From contig VRVR01000017.1 in the NCBI GenBank assembly GCA_009859145.1, forward strand, positions 126,607-190,606: 64,000 bases of DNA, given 5' to 3'. The notes under the pieces are model-generated. The model was not told the origin of the DNA and did no database searches. It saw nothing but the letters and a program-made list of their open reading frames with translations. Origin of the DNA: Andalucia godoyi And28 (lineage: Eukaryota; Protista; Jakobida). A program made the position numbers and the translations under genes. Below are positions 11,101-20,212 of the stretch, one piece after another. The stretch's first letter is position 1. Each line of letters opens with the position of its first letter.

Positions 11101-13157
11101 GGTTCCGTTATGGTGGAGACAGCAACGTGTATGTTGAACTTGTCCGTGGATTCGATACTCTATCAGTGGATACATGGTTGTTGGTAATCCCGCAACTCAT
11201 TGCGCGCCTGCATCTTCCAGAAGGTCCTGTTAGGGAACTGTTACATACGTTGCTTACCAAAGTTGGTCATGCGCATCCACAAGCGTTGATATATCCGCTG
11301 ACTGTTGCCGCAAAATCGACCTCGGAAAATCGTCGTCACGCAGCGACGAGAATTTTGGAGCATATGCGACAGAATAATTCCAGATTAGTAGAGCAAGCAT
11401 TGTTGGTTAGTACGGAGCTCATTCGAATCGCGGTGTTGTGGCACGAACAGTGGCACGAGGGTTTGGAAGAAGCATCAAGGTTGTATTTTGGAGATCACAA
11501 TGTGGACGGGATGTTTGCTGTGTTGAGTCCTCTTCATGCCATGATGGCGGCTCCCGAAACGTTGCGCGAAATCGCGTTTCAGCAACAGTTCGGACGAGAT
11601 TTGGCAGAAGCGAAGGACTGGTGCAAAAAGTACCGAAGGACTCGAAACGATGCTGATCTGAACCAAGCCTGGGACCTCTACTATCACGTGTTTCGTCGAA
11701 TCAACAAGCAGCTTCCTGGAATGTCGACACTCGAATTGCAGCACGTCTCGCCAGCTCTTTTGTATGCAAAAAACCTCGAATTGGCGATTCCTGGCTCTTA
11801 TCATTCTTTTACAAGAGGCCAGAACGATGATAATCTGGTCACGATTGCGGGTTTCGCACCGTCATTGCAGGTCATCAATTCAAAACAGCGGCCGCGCAAA
11901 CTTACGATTTTCGGTTCGGATGGAAGGGAGCATGTGTTCCTTCTGAAAGGTCACGAGGATCTTCGGCAAGATGAGAGGGTGATGCAGTTGTTCGGTCTTG
12001 TTAACACTCTATTGGCTGCGTCTCCTCCTTATGCGGCAACGGCAGTACCGGCTGGCTCAGGTGGAAGTACGTCTCCGGTTTCTTCTCTATTTTCTTCCGG
12101 TACGAATGTGTCTTTAAGTTCTCCAGGATTGAACAGCTATTCTTTTAGCCACCTTCAAGGACGAGTTGGCGCCAGGGCGGATTTATCCATAGAGAGAATG
12201 GCTGTTGTCCCTCTCAATCAATCTGCTGGCTTGATTGGATGGTTGCAGGATTGCGATACTCTACACTCCCTTATTCGAGAATACCGCGAAGCCCGCAAGA
12301 TCTTGCTAAACATTGAGCACCGGCTGATTTTGAAGATGGCCGGCGATTTTGACAATCTTGCGCTCCTGCAGAAAGTTGAAGTCTTTGAGCATGCACTGGA
12401 GAATACCACTGGTCAAGATCTTCACAAGGTCCTGTGGTTGAAATCAAGGTCATCGGAAGTGTGGTTGGAGAGACGCACCAACTATTCAAGATCCCTGGCA
12501 GTCATGTCCATGGTTGGGTACATTTTGGGTTTGGGCGACAGGCATCCTTCCAATTTGATGCTTCACCGCAATACAGGGAAAGTCGTCCATATTGACTTCG
12601 GAGATTGCTTTGAGGTGGCCCAGCACAGAGACAAGTATCCGGAGAAAGTTCCGTTCCGCTTAACTCGAATGCTTATCAATGCAATGGAGGTGTCCGGTAT
12701 TGAGGGGACGTATCGATTTACGTGCAATTATGTGATGCGAGTCTTGAGGCACCACAAGGACTCTCTTATGGCAATGCTTGAGGCCTTTGTTCATGATCCC
12801 CTCATCAATTGGAGACTCCTGGACACCGACAAGGCACCATCTATGGTTGTTGACGACTTGGATGAATCTCGGTCGCTCATTGAACCGGAAGCATCCATTC
12901 CGGCATCCATCAGTTCCGTAAATGGGGGTCGCGAACAACTTCGAAAGCAATACGAAGATGAGAATCTTGGTGGCGAATCGAACGAATTGTTGAACAAAAA
13001 GGCATTGAGTGTCGTTCAGCGAATTCGTGACAAACTGACCGGAAATGACTTCGACCGCTACATGGATGTTGAAGAGCAGGTCGAGAGACTCATTCAACAA
13101 GCAACTTCCCATGTTAATCTGTGTCAGGCTTTCATTGGATGGTGTTCCTTTTGGTAG
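5118..13157 (+). CDS. TOR: Target of rapamycin kinase (apparently intronless, 2679 aa)
   Basis: HEAT repeats, FAT (FAKALHYKELEF), FRB (LWHEQWHEGLEEASRLYFG...QAWDLYYHVF), PIKK kinase (LLKGHEDLRQDER, LGDRHPSN, HIDFGDCFE, PEKVPFRLTRML) and FATC (LCQAFIGWCSFW). Confidence 0.99.
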   Translation: MSADGLTKTLGDLRSKVEDVRNRAAKSLRLIVEDQSRELNGESFSRLHNSIISKIADLVNSTDASDRLGAVAAIDQLIDIDCDEHATRVTRFGNYLRNMLPNPDYVLVGMVARALGRLARAGGTLTADLVEFETKRALEWLQSDRAKDESKRFAACCVLKELAENAPTLFYAHVSLFLDHIWNALRDQNVVVREKAVESLRACLALIAERESRWRVQWYYAIYDEAEKGFKMKSEAIHASLLTVLALLDHAGDFMTQRFPQVLDSVFKYKDHKEKIVRRTVVLAMPQCARYNPKFFTSQYLKTAVNHVLSFTLKKDDKALAFSALGDLALACGRSILAHLDPIIAAVKENLSGKKSRNFCPEILTCISNFAKACGADPSLEIHLMQILDSMFSGGLSSTLTSSLATLSSSIPSLSVPISDRLLDLISRILARTSYRIASLQVPAQVGSSVVSSSSSHQTLSTLANSVPLPSSMDDDEDGSVDTIRLALHTLGSFELSEHSLMDFVRHCVVRYLEEEDSEIRKEAALTCAHVLSRHGRAMNENGLESALYFTAVRAEILEKLLAVAISDPQSSIRKAILSSLDSSFDSFLALSENLRCLFMALNDENFDNRIMAVEILGRLSLRNPAYVLPSLRKSLIQLLTELEFSIDARSKEESASLLGHLISAAPRLVKPYVPAALSVLLMRLKDPSPAVSSACLATLGLLATVGGETMKKDLPILLPLIMETLSDQGSSNKREVALRTLSLLVESTGEVIRPYVSYPQLMPLLLSLMKSEETYTIRKEAMRCLGVLGALDPVLLESAVGGPSGSVNSGAWSSRKGIAAISNAVRTAAIFPTGGAVAPIDEDESHPNTMLVPSAEDFYPTVAISALVKILRDSSLSAHHKACIEAIMFIFKSLGLRGVPFLPKVLPPFLFLIRSTGDVSLRQSLLQQLGLLVSIVKHHIRNFLNDILVLVQEMWHKNVLIQMVSLVEEIANALHEEFKSHLPSLLPKLLSVFSPLSTIGGAPTPSGSLTPPSQPVISMSSDDPRPIFKVLEALQIFGRHLDEYLYMVIPAIMRIIESTDFHPSVRIAAVQCLSRLSRLSSFPEHASRIVHPLCRVMAITDCPVQLRAESMDCLCCLVEQMGPEFALFIPVVSKIISPISQSLHGGPSGGGNVSTSSSNDKGASRSGSSSSGGPSASAFQRYEELVAAILNNQPIGPRVSLFSNFSNLADDDLSPLDTDSTADVPLVPMIAVGPGGKDVQVPGRQEFKDDLQHASHGFEQALQGSAASNANLDMEAMFIKKLHVNQANLRKAWEASQRSTREDWNEWIRRFSVELLRESPSPALRSCWSLAQLYPPLARALFNASFLSCWTELYDHFQDEVVRAIEMTFSSPNLPGDVLMVLLGLAEFMEHDERQLPIDIGVLGTLAERCQAFAKALHYKELEFSFQQQPSSGIQYADVPNTANGASTGSLSRGGSMKNLNGGDGRSVEGNVIEALISINNQLHHHEAAMGILIYAQKHAQKYEIKESWFEKLQKWEDALRIYEEKHKTDPLSVDYALGRMRCLEALGEWEQLFSLCVDVWTTSDNHTRRRVAPMAASAAFHLSEWPFMSECVEALESETFKAAFFRAILNTHAQNFEAAQSLIDRARKFLDAELTALLNESYPRAYDAVVRVQQLVELEEILAFKKKSSGMALTQSDTMLGPESSGFSVDDAQFIREKESLKRIWSSRLLGCQRNVDHWQELLHLRSLVLDVDEQLDLWLKFSRLCRKTGKMRLAHKLLIVLCKNHDFIVDPEWLISAASSSSVDPKVVMCCLEHLWSAQVHERQRVYKLLSNFVRLIDVAVDNYRPTLKQGTSVPAAPEEEYADVSSPAPKASQPLEEDADVGSANPAASSTGPTHGFDQSAAHLRAHAFMYLGQWHRSLMPDDFDVMLGQFRSATIHDPTWYKAWHAWATLNADMVDNLAGKASAATPGSDASQNVSEYARAAVAGFFKSISFGSSKASRVQDILRLLTLWFRYGGDSNVYVELVRGFDTLSVDTWLLVIPQLIARLHLPEGPVRELLHTLLTKVGHAHPQALIYPLTVAAKSTSENRRHAATRILEHMRQNNSRLVEQALLVSTELIRIAVLWHEQWHEGLEEASRLYFGDHNVDGMFAVLSPLHAMMAAPETLREIAFQQQFGRDLAEAKDWCKKYRRTRNDADLNQAWDLYYHVFRRINKQLPGMSTLELQHVSPALLYAKNLELAIPGSYHSFTRGQNDDNLVTIAGFAPSLQVINSKQRPRKLTIFGSDGREHVFLLKGHEDLRQDERVMQLFGLVNTLLAASPPYAATAVPAGSGGSTSPVSSLFSSGTNVSLSSPGLNSYSFSHLQGRVGARADLSIERMAVVPLNQSAGLIGWLQDCDTLHSLIREYREARKILLNIEHRLILKMAGDFDNLALLQKVEVFEHALENTTGQDLHKVLWLKSRSSEVWLERRTNYSRSLAVMSMVGYILGLGDRHPSNLMLHRNTGKVVHIDFGDCFEVAQHRDKYPEKVPFRLTRMLINAMEVSGIEGTYRFTCNYVMRVLRHHKDSLMAMLEAFVHDPLINWRLLDTDKAPSMVVDDLDESRSLIEPEASIPASISSVNGGREQLRKQYEDENLGGESNELLNKKALSVVQRIRDKLTGNDFDRYMDVEEQVERLIQQATSHVNLCQAFIGWCSFW

Positions 13158-13315
13158 ACATTCGAGAAGTTAGGGCCTGTTCTATGGATATTATTGTGTC
13201 CTGTAAATAAAGCGATGTACTATCCCACAGACGATTCTTGCATGAATTTCTCAGATCGAGACAAGTCGAATCGGCCCTCCACCGGCGGTGCATTAACCAG
13301 AATCCTGTGCACCTG

Positions 13316-13653
13316 GTTGTCAAATGGTCACTAACTTGTCAGCTGCAACATCGTTGGCAACATCATACCAGAACCGTCGGAAAGTCCCGGCTGCAATACT
13401 TATTTTTTAAAACTCGCAGACCAAAGAAACCGCCGGAACAATAGGAAGGAAAAGCACAGCCAGCATTCGACAGCCAACAGCCATTTACCTATTGGCGAAG
13501 GTCGTAATATCAGCAACAAGAAGATGCAAAAGCACGTCGCTCGGACAAGCGCAAGCACTGCAGGCGAAAACAAATCTCCATTGCCAGAAAGCAAAGCTGG
13601 CGTACGCTCGTTGCGCATCCGTTGTAACGGCCGGGCTGCTACCTTTCGACAAC
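13316..13653 (+). ncRNA. Weak candidate RNase MRP/P-like RNA
   Basis: GGAAAGTCCCGG (13379-13390) can pair with CCGGGCT (13631-13637) as a P4-like helix with a bulged U. ANAGNNA-type AAAGCAA at 13588-13594. A 10/12-bp P1-like pairing 13316-13327/13642-13653. CR-V and P3 fit poorly. Confidence 0.15.
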
Positions 13654-15047
13654 AGCCTTGAAGCGGTAGCAGATGCCCTGGGGATTAATAACCTGATCAA
13701 ATAGAATCCTTCTTTGTGTTTTTGGATTCCGAATCCCTGCGTTCCAATACTATCCGACGTATCGAGCCCGGAAGCTTGGGCACGCCAAACGACTGTCAGC
13801 ACGAAAGTCCCACTGTTGTCATCCTGCAGCTTGGAAGGCCATTTAAGTTAAGATTCACTGCAGTGTAAAAAATTACGGTTTGCTAACGCAAACACGATCT
13901 CCATAACGTGCCACGTATCTAATAAAACCGAATAATCAATGGTTACGAGCTGAGTTCCACCGGTCGGAAAGACTGAGGAGAGTGTGTCATGGAGATCATT
14001 TACACAGAGTTCTCGAATACCTCTGCCAAGGAAACGTCATTCCCAGGGAGAAGAGGAATAAGAGATGGTGAGGTAACGGAATTCTTTACTGCGTTGCAAG
14101 ATGCAGTGGAATCTGAATATGTTCACCGAGTCGGCCAATAATAATATAAAAGCTGCAGACTGCGTGCTTCAGAAATATACAGCATCCATCACCGTGATCC
14201 GTTGCACATCCTGTTCAAACATCTGAATGAACATTCTAAAGAAACGAATACTGGCGATACTCTCATCCTAATGGTACTGTCAAGTTACAAGAGTCTGACA
14301 AATGGTTCTCTGCACTCATAAACGTGCTTTAACTTTAAACACAGATCTGCCTGCGATGTCAGATGTGCGGCCTTGGGTTGGTCGGTTCTGCTCACGATGA
14401 CTGTTGTTTCAAGAAATATACTTGCATGTCCAGAGAAGCAGGTTTTACGCCTTCTCCGAGTGCTATCGATGTCTTGATCAGTTCAGCACAGCTGTTGGGG
14501 CGAACCTGTGCACTTGCTTCCGGGCGCTGTTCTCCTTGGCTTTGTTGGTTAGGAGGATATTCGTCGAGAAACTGCGTGATAGATTTGCAGGTTCGAATGA
14601 TCTTCTGTGCAAATCGATCTGGAGTTCATTACCAGTAATTTTTACCCCAGACCATGCAATTTTTGGCCGTGTAGTCCGCGTGCCGGTCCCAACAGATCCT
14701 GCATTTGCACATAACGCAAGAACCCTTCCGAAAAGCTAGTGGATCGCGAACAGGTCGTGGATGACAGTCCGGATGGAATTACGACGATCCTGATTCCAGT
14801 TTCGATAATGTTTTCCGATGTTCTCGCCGTGGCTCACGATGACTGCCCCCCTGTCCCCATATGTTGACTTAGATGATATTCATCAGCAGTCCGGTGGACG
14901 CAGTCAGTTTCATTTTGATGCTTCCGCAGAATTTACTGAACGTTTTTAACTGTTTGGGATCAGTGAAACGACCTTTGATGGATACTGTTTTGTCTTTCGC
15001 TACACTACCGAAGTCGACGCCTGCAAGCATACATCGAGCCTCGTTGC

Positions 15048-15214
15048 TTTTCTGCGCTCGCCAAAATATGAGCCAGTATCGGTCATCGGATGAGCTGTCA
15101 CCGAAGATAGACCCAATCCCTCAGGTTTTTTTTGTTATTATTTGGGGCGAGCGCCAACTCTTCAATGCGGTCAAAGCGTCATCGCAACCAACCAACACAT
15201 TTCCCAATCAATTC
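15048..15214 (-). repeat. Dispersed degenerate repeat family C, copy 1 (inverted relative to 42772-42895)
   Basis: Reverse complement shares gattggg, ttgcgatgac, gagttggcgctcgccccaaa, tcttcggtgacag and ttttggcgagcg in order with 42772-42895. Confidence 0.8.
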
Positions 15215-15899
15215 AACATTCAAAAAAACAATAAAAATGAACGTTGGAGGAAACAGAATGTGGTCGGCGAACGACCCCGCGCCTGACTACGCTTTTTGCC
15301 TTTGCTCTCTACTTGTTCTCTGACTCGAAAGCGCATTCCGAACGCGCAATCGATCACATCTTCGTGATTTAAAATATCTTGCTCAGCCGTCTGACGACGA
15401 TCTTCTTCTTGCTCTCCGCCTCCAACGAGACGGAATCAACGAGTTTTTTTGATTCTCTCGGCATCATCGGGCATGGCAGGTTTGAGTTTAATGGAAAGAT
15501 CCCTCTTTGGAGCCATGCGATGTTTTGTCTTTGTCATTGATGAAAGGTGCTTGACGGTTCGATGATCAAAAACCAAGCAAACCAGGAATAAACAGAAAGA
15601 ATAAGAAGTGACAGAATGAAAGAAATTCTAGATTTAACTGCTGTAAGATCGTACTGTTTGATGTTCAACATTGCTCCTCACAGCTTTCAGCAGCCTTTCC
15701 TTTTGCCTGCTTGGCTACAGAGGTTCTCCAGCAGGGGGGCTGCAGTTCTGCAGAAGTGCCCAGACGCTGATCTGATTACCGGGCTGTTCGCGAATTCTGC
15801 TTCTGAGCAAGGACATGATTGTAAATTCTCATTAATATTGTCGTCTGAAAATGCTGCCTTTTTATGAGACTCTATTCGATGGAACGTGCATTGATTCAT

Positions 15900-16211
15900 C
15901 AGACGTACCAGGGACGTCTGGGAGGGTCTTTGGCTGCAGGAGCCGGGATAGACAGCAACGAAGTTTCGGATCTGATTCCGACTATCAATTCATTCACTAT
16001 GAATTGTCAGAAATCATTCTGTTGTCGAGAATTCGAAATAACAATAATGGCAGCCATTTAGAAAAATAAAATTCAATGAGGACATACAAACTGACACGGT
16101 GTTCTTTGCATTGTCAAGCAGGATTGAGAAATTCCTTTCTTGTTCAAGAAGCATCGCTTCCTTGGCTTGGAAAATATCAAGCTTGGCGTTGGCTGCAGTA
16201 CAGTCCTCCAT
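15900..16211 (-). other. Possible small spliced gene or decayed ORF (MEDCTAANAKLDIFQAKEAMLLEQERNFSILLDNAKNT...)
   Basis: Helical-looking N-terminus from ATG 16211 followed by a GTATGT donor. The downstream exon is ambiguous because the nearest acceptor creates a stop. Confidence 0.25.
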
Positions 16212-16896
16212 GAGAAAGAATGAAGAGCGATTTGTGAACAAGCATATCAAAATCGAAAAACACACCTTCCATTCCCCCCGGGAGAAAATTGACCATCTTA
16301 AAATCTCCGAACGAAAATCCATTAACTTAGGAAAAGCAATCGCAATCCCTCCGCCAGCGGCTTTCACTGAAAAGTCACAATGAAGAAAATTCCTTCACGT
16401 GACAGAAACAAACCCACTGATAGCCTGACTTGTCAAAATGCTGAGATTTTGACAGCGTCTTTTGACTCACACTTTGGTGATGATGGCCTGCATATCATCT
16501 GCGCAAATATCGCTTCACACTTTTTAAAGAGCGCCTCAGAACTGTGCGCGTAGGCTGCCTCTACATTTCGTTCGCATCAATTCCATGTGACAGAGTGGTG
16601 TCGACCATCATCACTTTCACAGTGGAAGAAACGCTCTTTATGTTGCTCGTACCGCCATCTGCTGTTGCGTCGGAGGAGGACGCTACATGAACCCAGCGCT
16701 TCAGCTTGGACTTCCATGCAAGCACCGTCTTTTCGGAGATGAGCTTTGCGAATTCGAACAGTTATTTTTCCCTTTTCGTTTTGGGATCTTCTGGCCTTCT
16801 TTTTGTCGCATTTCCCATTTCCGTCAAACTTTTCTTTTGTTTCTTCACGGTTTCTCTCTCACTCATCGTTCTTTAGAAGGTAGATCACTGGATACC

Positions 16897-19746
16897 ATGG
16901 GTTGCGGAGCTTCTCGAGTCTCTCGCAGCTCTAGTCTGCCGCTAGACGTCGAAGAACCGAGAGCTTCCGAGGGAAAGGGGAGTGGTTGTGCTGCTCTTCA
17001 GCAAGTTTTAAGCAGTCTGACCGACAAAATCCAGCATCTTGATAATGTCCGTACGTCCTTTGCGTCGCACATTTACTCTTTGGTTGTCCACTTTGGGGCT
17101 CTTGAAAGTATGACTGCTGAAATTGCTGCTCGTCATTTTGCAATTGTTGCGTCTGGATCCGACTACAGCGATTGTATTCATCTTTGTTCTTCCGCTATCC
17201 AAAGCACTGGCAAGAAGCTTGACGACAGTACAATTGCGACAGAATCTAAAAGTCAGTATGTGATTGACATGTTGGGGGAGTGTGCGAGCTTTTACCGATC
17301 AAGGATGACTTCATGGTGCGATTCCATGCAAAAGTTGTCATCATTGTTTGAGGAGTCGTGCTTGACCATCCAAGAACTGAGGTGCGAGCCCCATCCGCTT
17401 GCAGAAGACAATGTTGACAGAGCAATGGATTTAATCGTCGTTTGGAAATCATCGTCTAAAGAATGGGAGCTTCTCTGGGTTGCGTATATGGACGTGCTCT
17501 CTTCTCACGAGCGTGTTTCCGCTTTGATCTGTCGAGTGATTGAAGAATCTGATTTTGTCCGTCAGGAACAATCCGATTGCGGCCAACTTCTCCTTTCATT
17601 TGGACGTCGTCTAAGAGACGCTGGATCATCTCTCTGCGAAAAGCTGGAGAGATCCCGACTTGATTCCGAAGCTCGTTTGTTATTCGCGAGTATCGATGGT
17701 TGCGAATCTATTCTTGTTTCTAGGACTTTTGTTACACTATTTCACATTTTCTCCGGGATTTTGGAATGTGTATCGAACTGCTTTTCCGAATGGGAGACCG
17801 TGCTTCAGGTGCCGTTTGCTGAGAATCGCCCCCACACTATTCTTCGCCCAACTGAAAAATGCGAGGACGGTAGCTTCAATGTCCCCGTTTCATCGAGCAA
17901 GATGATCTGCATCGAATCACGCTCTTCTTCATTGTTGCAATGCCAGTTGGGAAGTCGAGGCAGTCGTCCTCGACTGCTATCCAAGTTTCGGGCGACCAGT
18001 CACGCCATCCGCGCTGTGAACAGGATGCAAACACTTGTTGAATACAGATTCACCGATGATTCAGTGTCCATGATCGTCGAACCAGGGTCGCCTCGAATGT
18101 CCGTGTCCTCTTCAAGAACGGCTTCCTTTGTTGGAGAGGAGATGTCTGTCGACGAAACTGCCAGAGGTCACTTTTTGAACGGAGAATTTAGTCGAGTTGT
18201 AACGATTTTGCAGCCGCTTTGTGCTTCCACAGAATTGCTTCTCGACGAAAACTGTCAATTAGTCTTTTTTCACCGGTGCCGATTGCTTTGTGATGCTCTG
18301 AAGAACACATCGCAAGACTCTTGGCTCCTATTTACTGAAGATTTGGTGTCTCGTTTTCCGAAAGAACCCGAAGCGCATGTGCTGAGAATTGAATGTCTGT
18401 TGCACAACCGAATGTTTGACGAAGGGAGGGTGGCTTCGAAGATGGCCGCATCTATGTTTCCAGATTGCACTGCCTTGCAACATCTATCGATGGTGTCCAA
18501 GACGTCTTCATTTCATCGCGGAATTGCAGACTGGCGGGAGGCGGATGAACGTGTTTTTTCCAAGGAGTGTACTCTGTACGAACACACGATTGAAGACCTC
18601 TCCAGATATCTTGCGGAGCCTTTTCTGTCTTCGAGTCGGCCTCTGCTTATCATTCGATGCTTTTACCGCTGGATAACGGATCGAATATCGTATGACTGCG
18701 AAGCATTTCTGCAAAAGGAATTTCGATCTTCTTCAACGCCCTCCGGCGTGTTCAAGACGAGAAAGGCTGTGTGTGCTGGATATGCTACTCTTTTTGAGAA
18801 GATGTGTCAAATTGTAGGAATTGCATGTTCAATTGTGGTTGGATTCGCAAGTGTGTTTGGCGTTCCGAGAAGTCCCGGGAAACCGAACCACGCTTGGAAT
18901 GTTGTTGAAGTGAACGGCAAATGGTATCTTCTGGATTGTTGCTGGGGAGCAGGATATGCCACCTCTTTGGGGAAGGACATGCATTTTGTGAAGAGATTTA
19001 CTGAGTTTTACTGGCTGTCCAAACCAGAATTGTTGATCTCGTCTCATTTCCCATGTGAGAGTAGATGGCAACTTTTGGACCGTTTGGTTTCTGCCGAAGA
19101 GTTTGAAGCCATGGTTGACTTGTTCCCTCCGGCAATTGACGTGGGGCTCAGCTTGGTGTCTCATCAACAGCGCAAGATTAAGTTGCATTGCAACGAAGAG
19201 GCACGCATCAAGTTTGCAGTGCGTTGCAAGCTGTGGGCGACCTTTTCGAAGCCTGACGCGAAATCTCCTTTTTTGTTTCAGTATGGACATGACTCGTGTG
19301 AATTGCTGATTACACCTTTAGAAAAAAATCTGTCGTCAATGCTGATCTTTGTTCAACCGGAAAATTCGGATGATACCACTTTCCAGTTTGCACTGTCCTA
19401 CGATCTTGATATTTCCGATGGGGGCGGGGTCAATGAGGTTTCTGAAAAACGTCACTACGTTGAAGCATACTATCCGTGCCGATTTCGCATTTGGCCGACG
19501 TCACCATGTCTTCCTTCTGGTGAGAAGTGCATTATCACTGTGCATCTTCCGCTCTCTCACTCAGTCCTTGCTCTCAATGGTACTCACTCCTGTTTCAAGC
19601 TTGTGAAGGAAGACGATGATGGTTGGGGAACATACGAAGTTGAACGCGACATGGTTGCGGGAAAGTGCTGGATTTCTCTGAAAGACAGCGCGCTGAGTGC
19701 AGATTTGAAAACGTTGGCTGTCTACGATGTGAAGTCAATACCGTAG
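16897..19746 (+). CDS. Transglutaminase-like (KY/hillarin/Cyk3-type) protein with N-terminal acylation signal
   Basis: Starts MGCGAS at ATG 16897. Core has YRWITDRISYD, KAVCAGYATLF, HAWNVVEVNGKWYLLDCCWGAG (Cys-His-Asp triad intact), FYWLSKPELLISSHFP. Confidence 0.85.
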   Translation: MGCGASRVSRSSSLPLDVEEPRASEGKGSGCAALQQVLSSLTDKIQHLDNVRTSFASHIYSLVVHFGALESMTAEIAARHFAIVASGSDYSDCIHLCSSAIQSTGKKLDDSTIATESKSQYVIDMLGECASFYRSRMTSWCDSMQKLSSLFEESCLTIQELRCEPHPLAEDNVDRAMDLIVVWKSSSKEWELLWVAYMDVLSSHERVSALICRVIEESDFVRQEQSDCGQLLLSFGRRLRDAGSSLCEKLERSRLDSEARLLFASIDGCESILVSRTFVTLFHIFSGILECVSNCFSEWETVLQVPFAENRPHTILRPTEKCEDGSFNVPVSSSKMICIESRSSSLLQCQLGSRGSRPRLLSKFRATSHAIRAVNRMQTLVEYRFTDDSVSMIVEPGSPRMSVSSSRTASFVGEEMSVDETARGHFLNGEFSRVVTILQPLCASTELLLDENCQLVFFHRCRLLCDALKNTSQDSWLLFTEDLVSRFPKEPEAHVLRIECLLHNRMFDEGRVASKMAASMFPDCTALQHLSMVSKTSSFHRGIADWREADERVFSKECTLYEHTIEDLSRYLAEPFLSSSRPLLIIRCFYRWITDRISYDCEAFLQKEFRSSSTPSGVFKTRKAVCAGYATLFEKMCQIVGIACSIVVGFASVFGVPRSPGKPNHAWNVVEVNGKWYLLDCCWGAGYATSLGKDMHFVKRFTEFYWLSKPELLISSHFPCESRWQLLDRLVSAEEFEAMVDLFPPAIDVGLSLVSHQQRKIKLHCNEEARIKFAVRCKLWATFSKPDAKSPFLFQYGHDSCELLITPLEKNLSSMLIFVQPENSDDTTFQFALSYDLDISDGGGVNEVSEKRHYVEAYYPCRFRIWPTSPCLPSGEKCIITVHLPLSHSVLALNGTHSCFKLVKEDDDGWGTYEVERDMVAGKCWISLKDSALSADLKTLAVYDVKSIP

Positions 19747-20212
19747 TCTCCAGTATATTGGATGAATGTCATGAATAACGAAGGAACATTATTGAAAGCC
19801 GTAGCTTTTTTCTTGGACGAATCGCTGGCAGGGTATGTTGATGCATAGAGAAAGAAGTCATCCTAGGCCCTCGGAACCAAAATCCAAAAAAGAAAACGGG
19901 CATATGACGAGGAATGGCGAGTGCTAATTGCGAGAGGAGCAAGCGTCTCTCACTCATTACGGGGAGATTCGTGATGACTCCGCAGCTTGACCACTGGGTC
20001 TTTCAATAAACGACCATGACAGACGCGATAACTGGCTAGAATGGTGATATGCAGCATCTAGAACTCCGTCGGAACACGTGGAGGCATTTTCGTTTCGTGT
20101 TTGATGTTCCAAGAGACAGTCCAGGCAAGAAGCTCCATTGTTTAGGATGGAAACGCTGCGCTGAACATCCGTCTTTTGCGTGCTCGAAAACTGTGAGCGC
20201 CACTGAATCATA

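Noticed and set aside
14640-14720. Minus-strand CVMCKCRICWDRHADYTAKNC as a possible further Fanzor Zn-ribbon/RuvC-III remnant
   Set aside because: Lacks DRD-N--NI spacing and has no DNA similarity to the three real copies.
14390-14845. 14-bp direct repeat GCTCACGATGACTG at 14390-14403 and 14832-14845
   Set aside because: Only two copies 440 nt apart with no array or element structure between them; possibly a chance match or old duplication.
16431-16454. Perfect 9-bp hairpin TGTCAAAAT/ATTTTGACA
   Set aside because: An isolated short palindrome with no supporting context.
20046-20057. GATATGCAGCAT shared with the omega-RNA stem at about 20619-20630; also CGCCTGCTGCTA near 24948 shared with the mini-element
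   Set aside because: 12-nt matches are expected by chance in 64 kb and do not extend.
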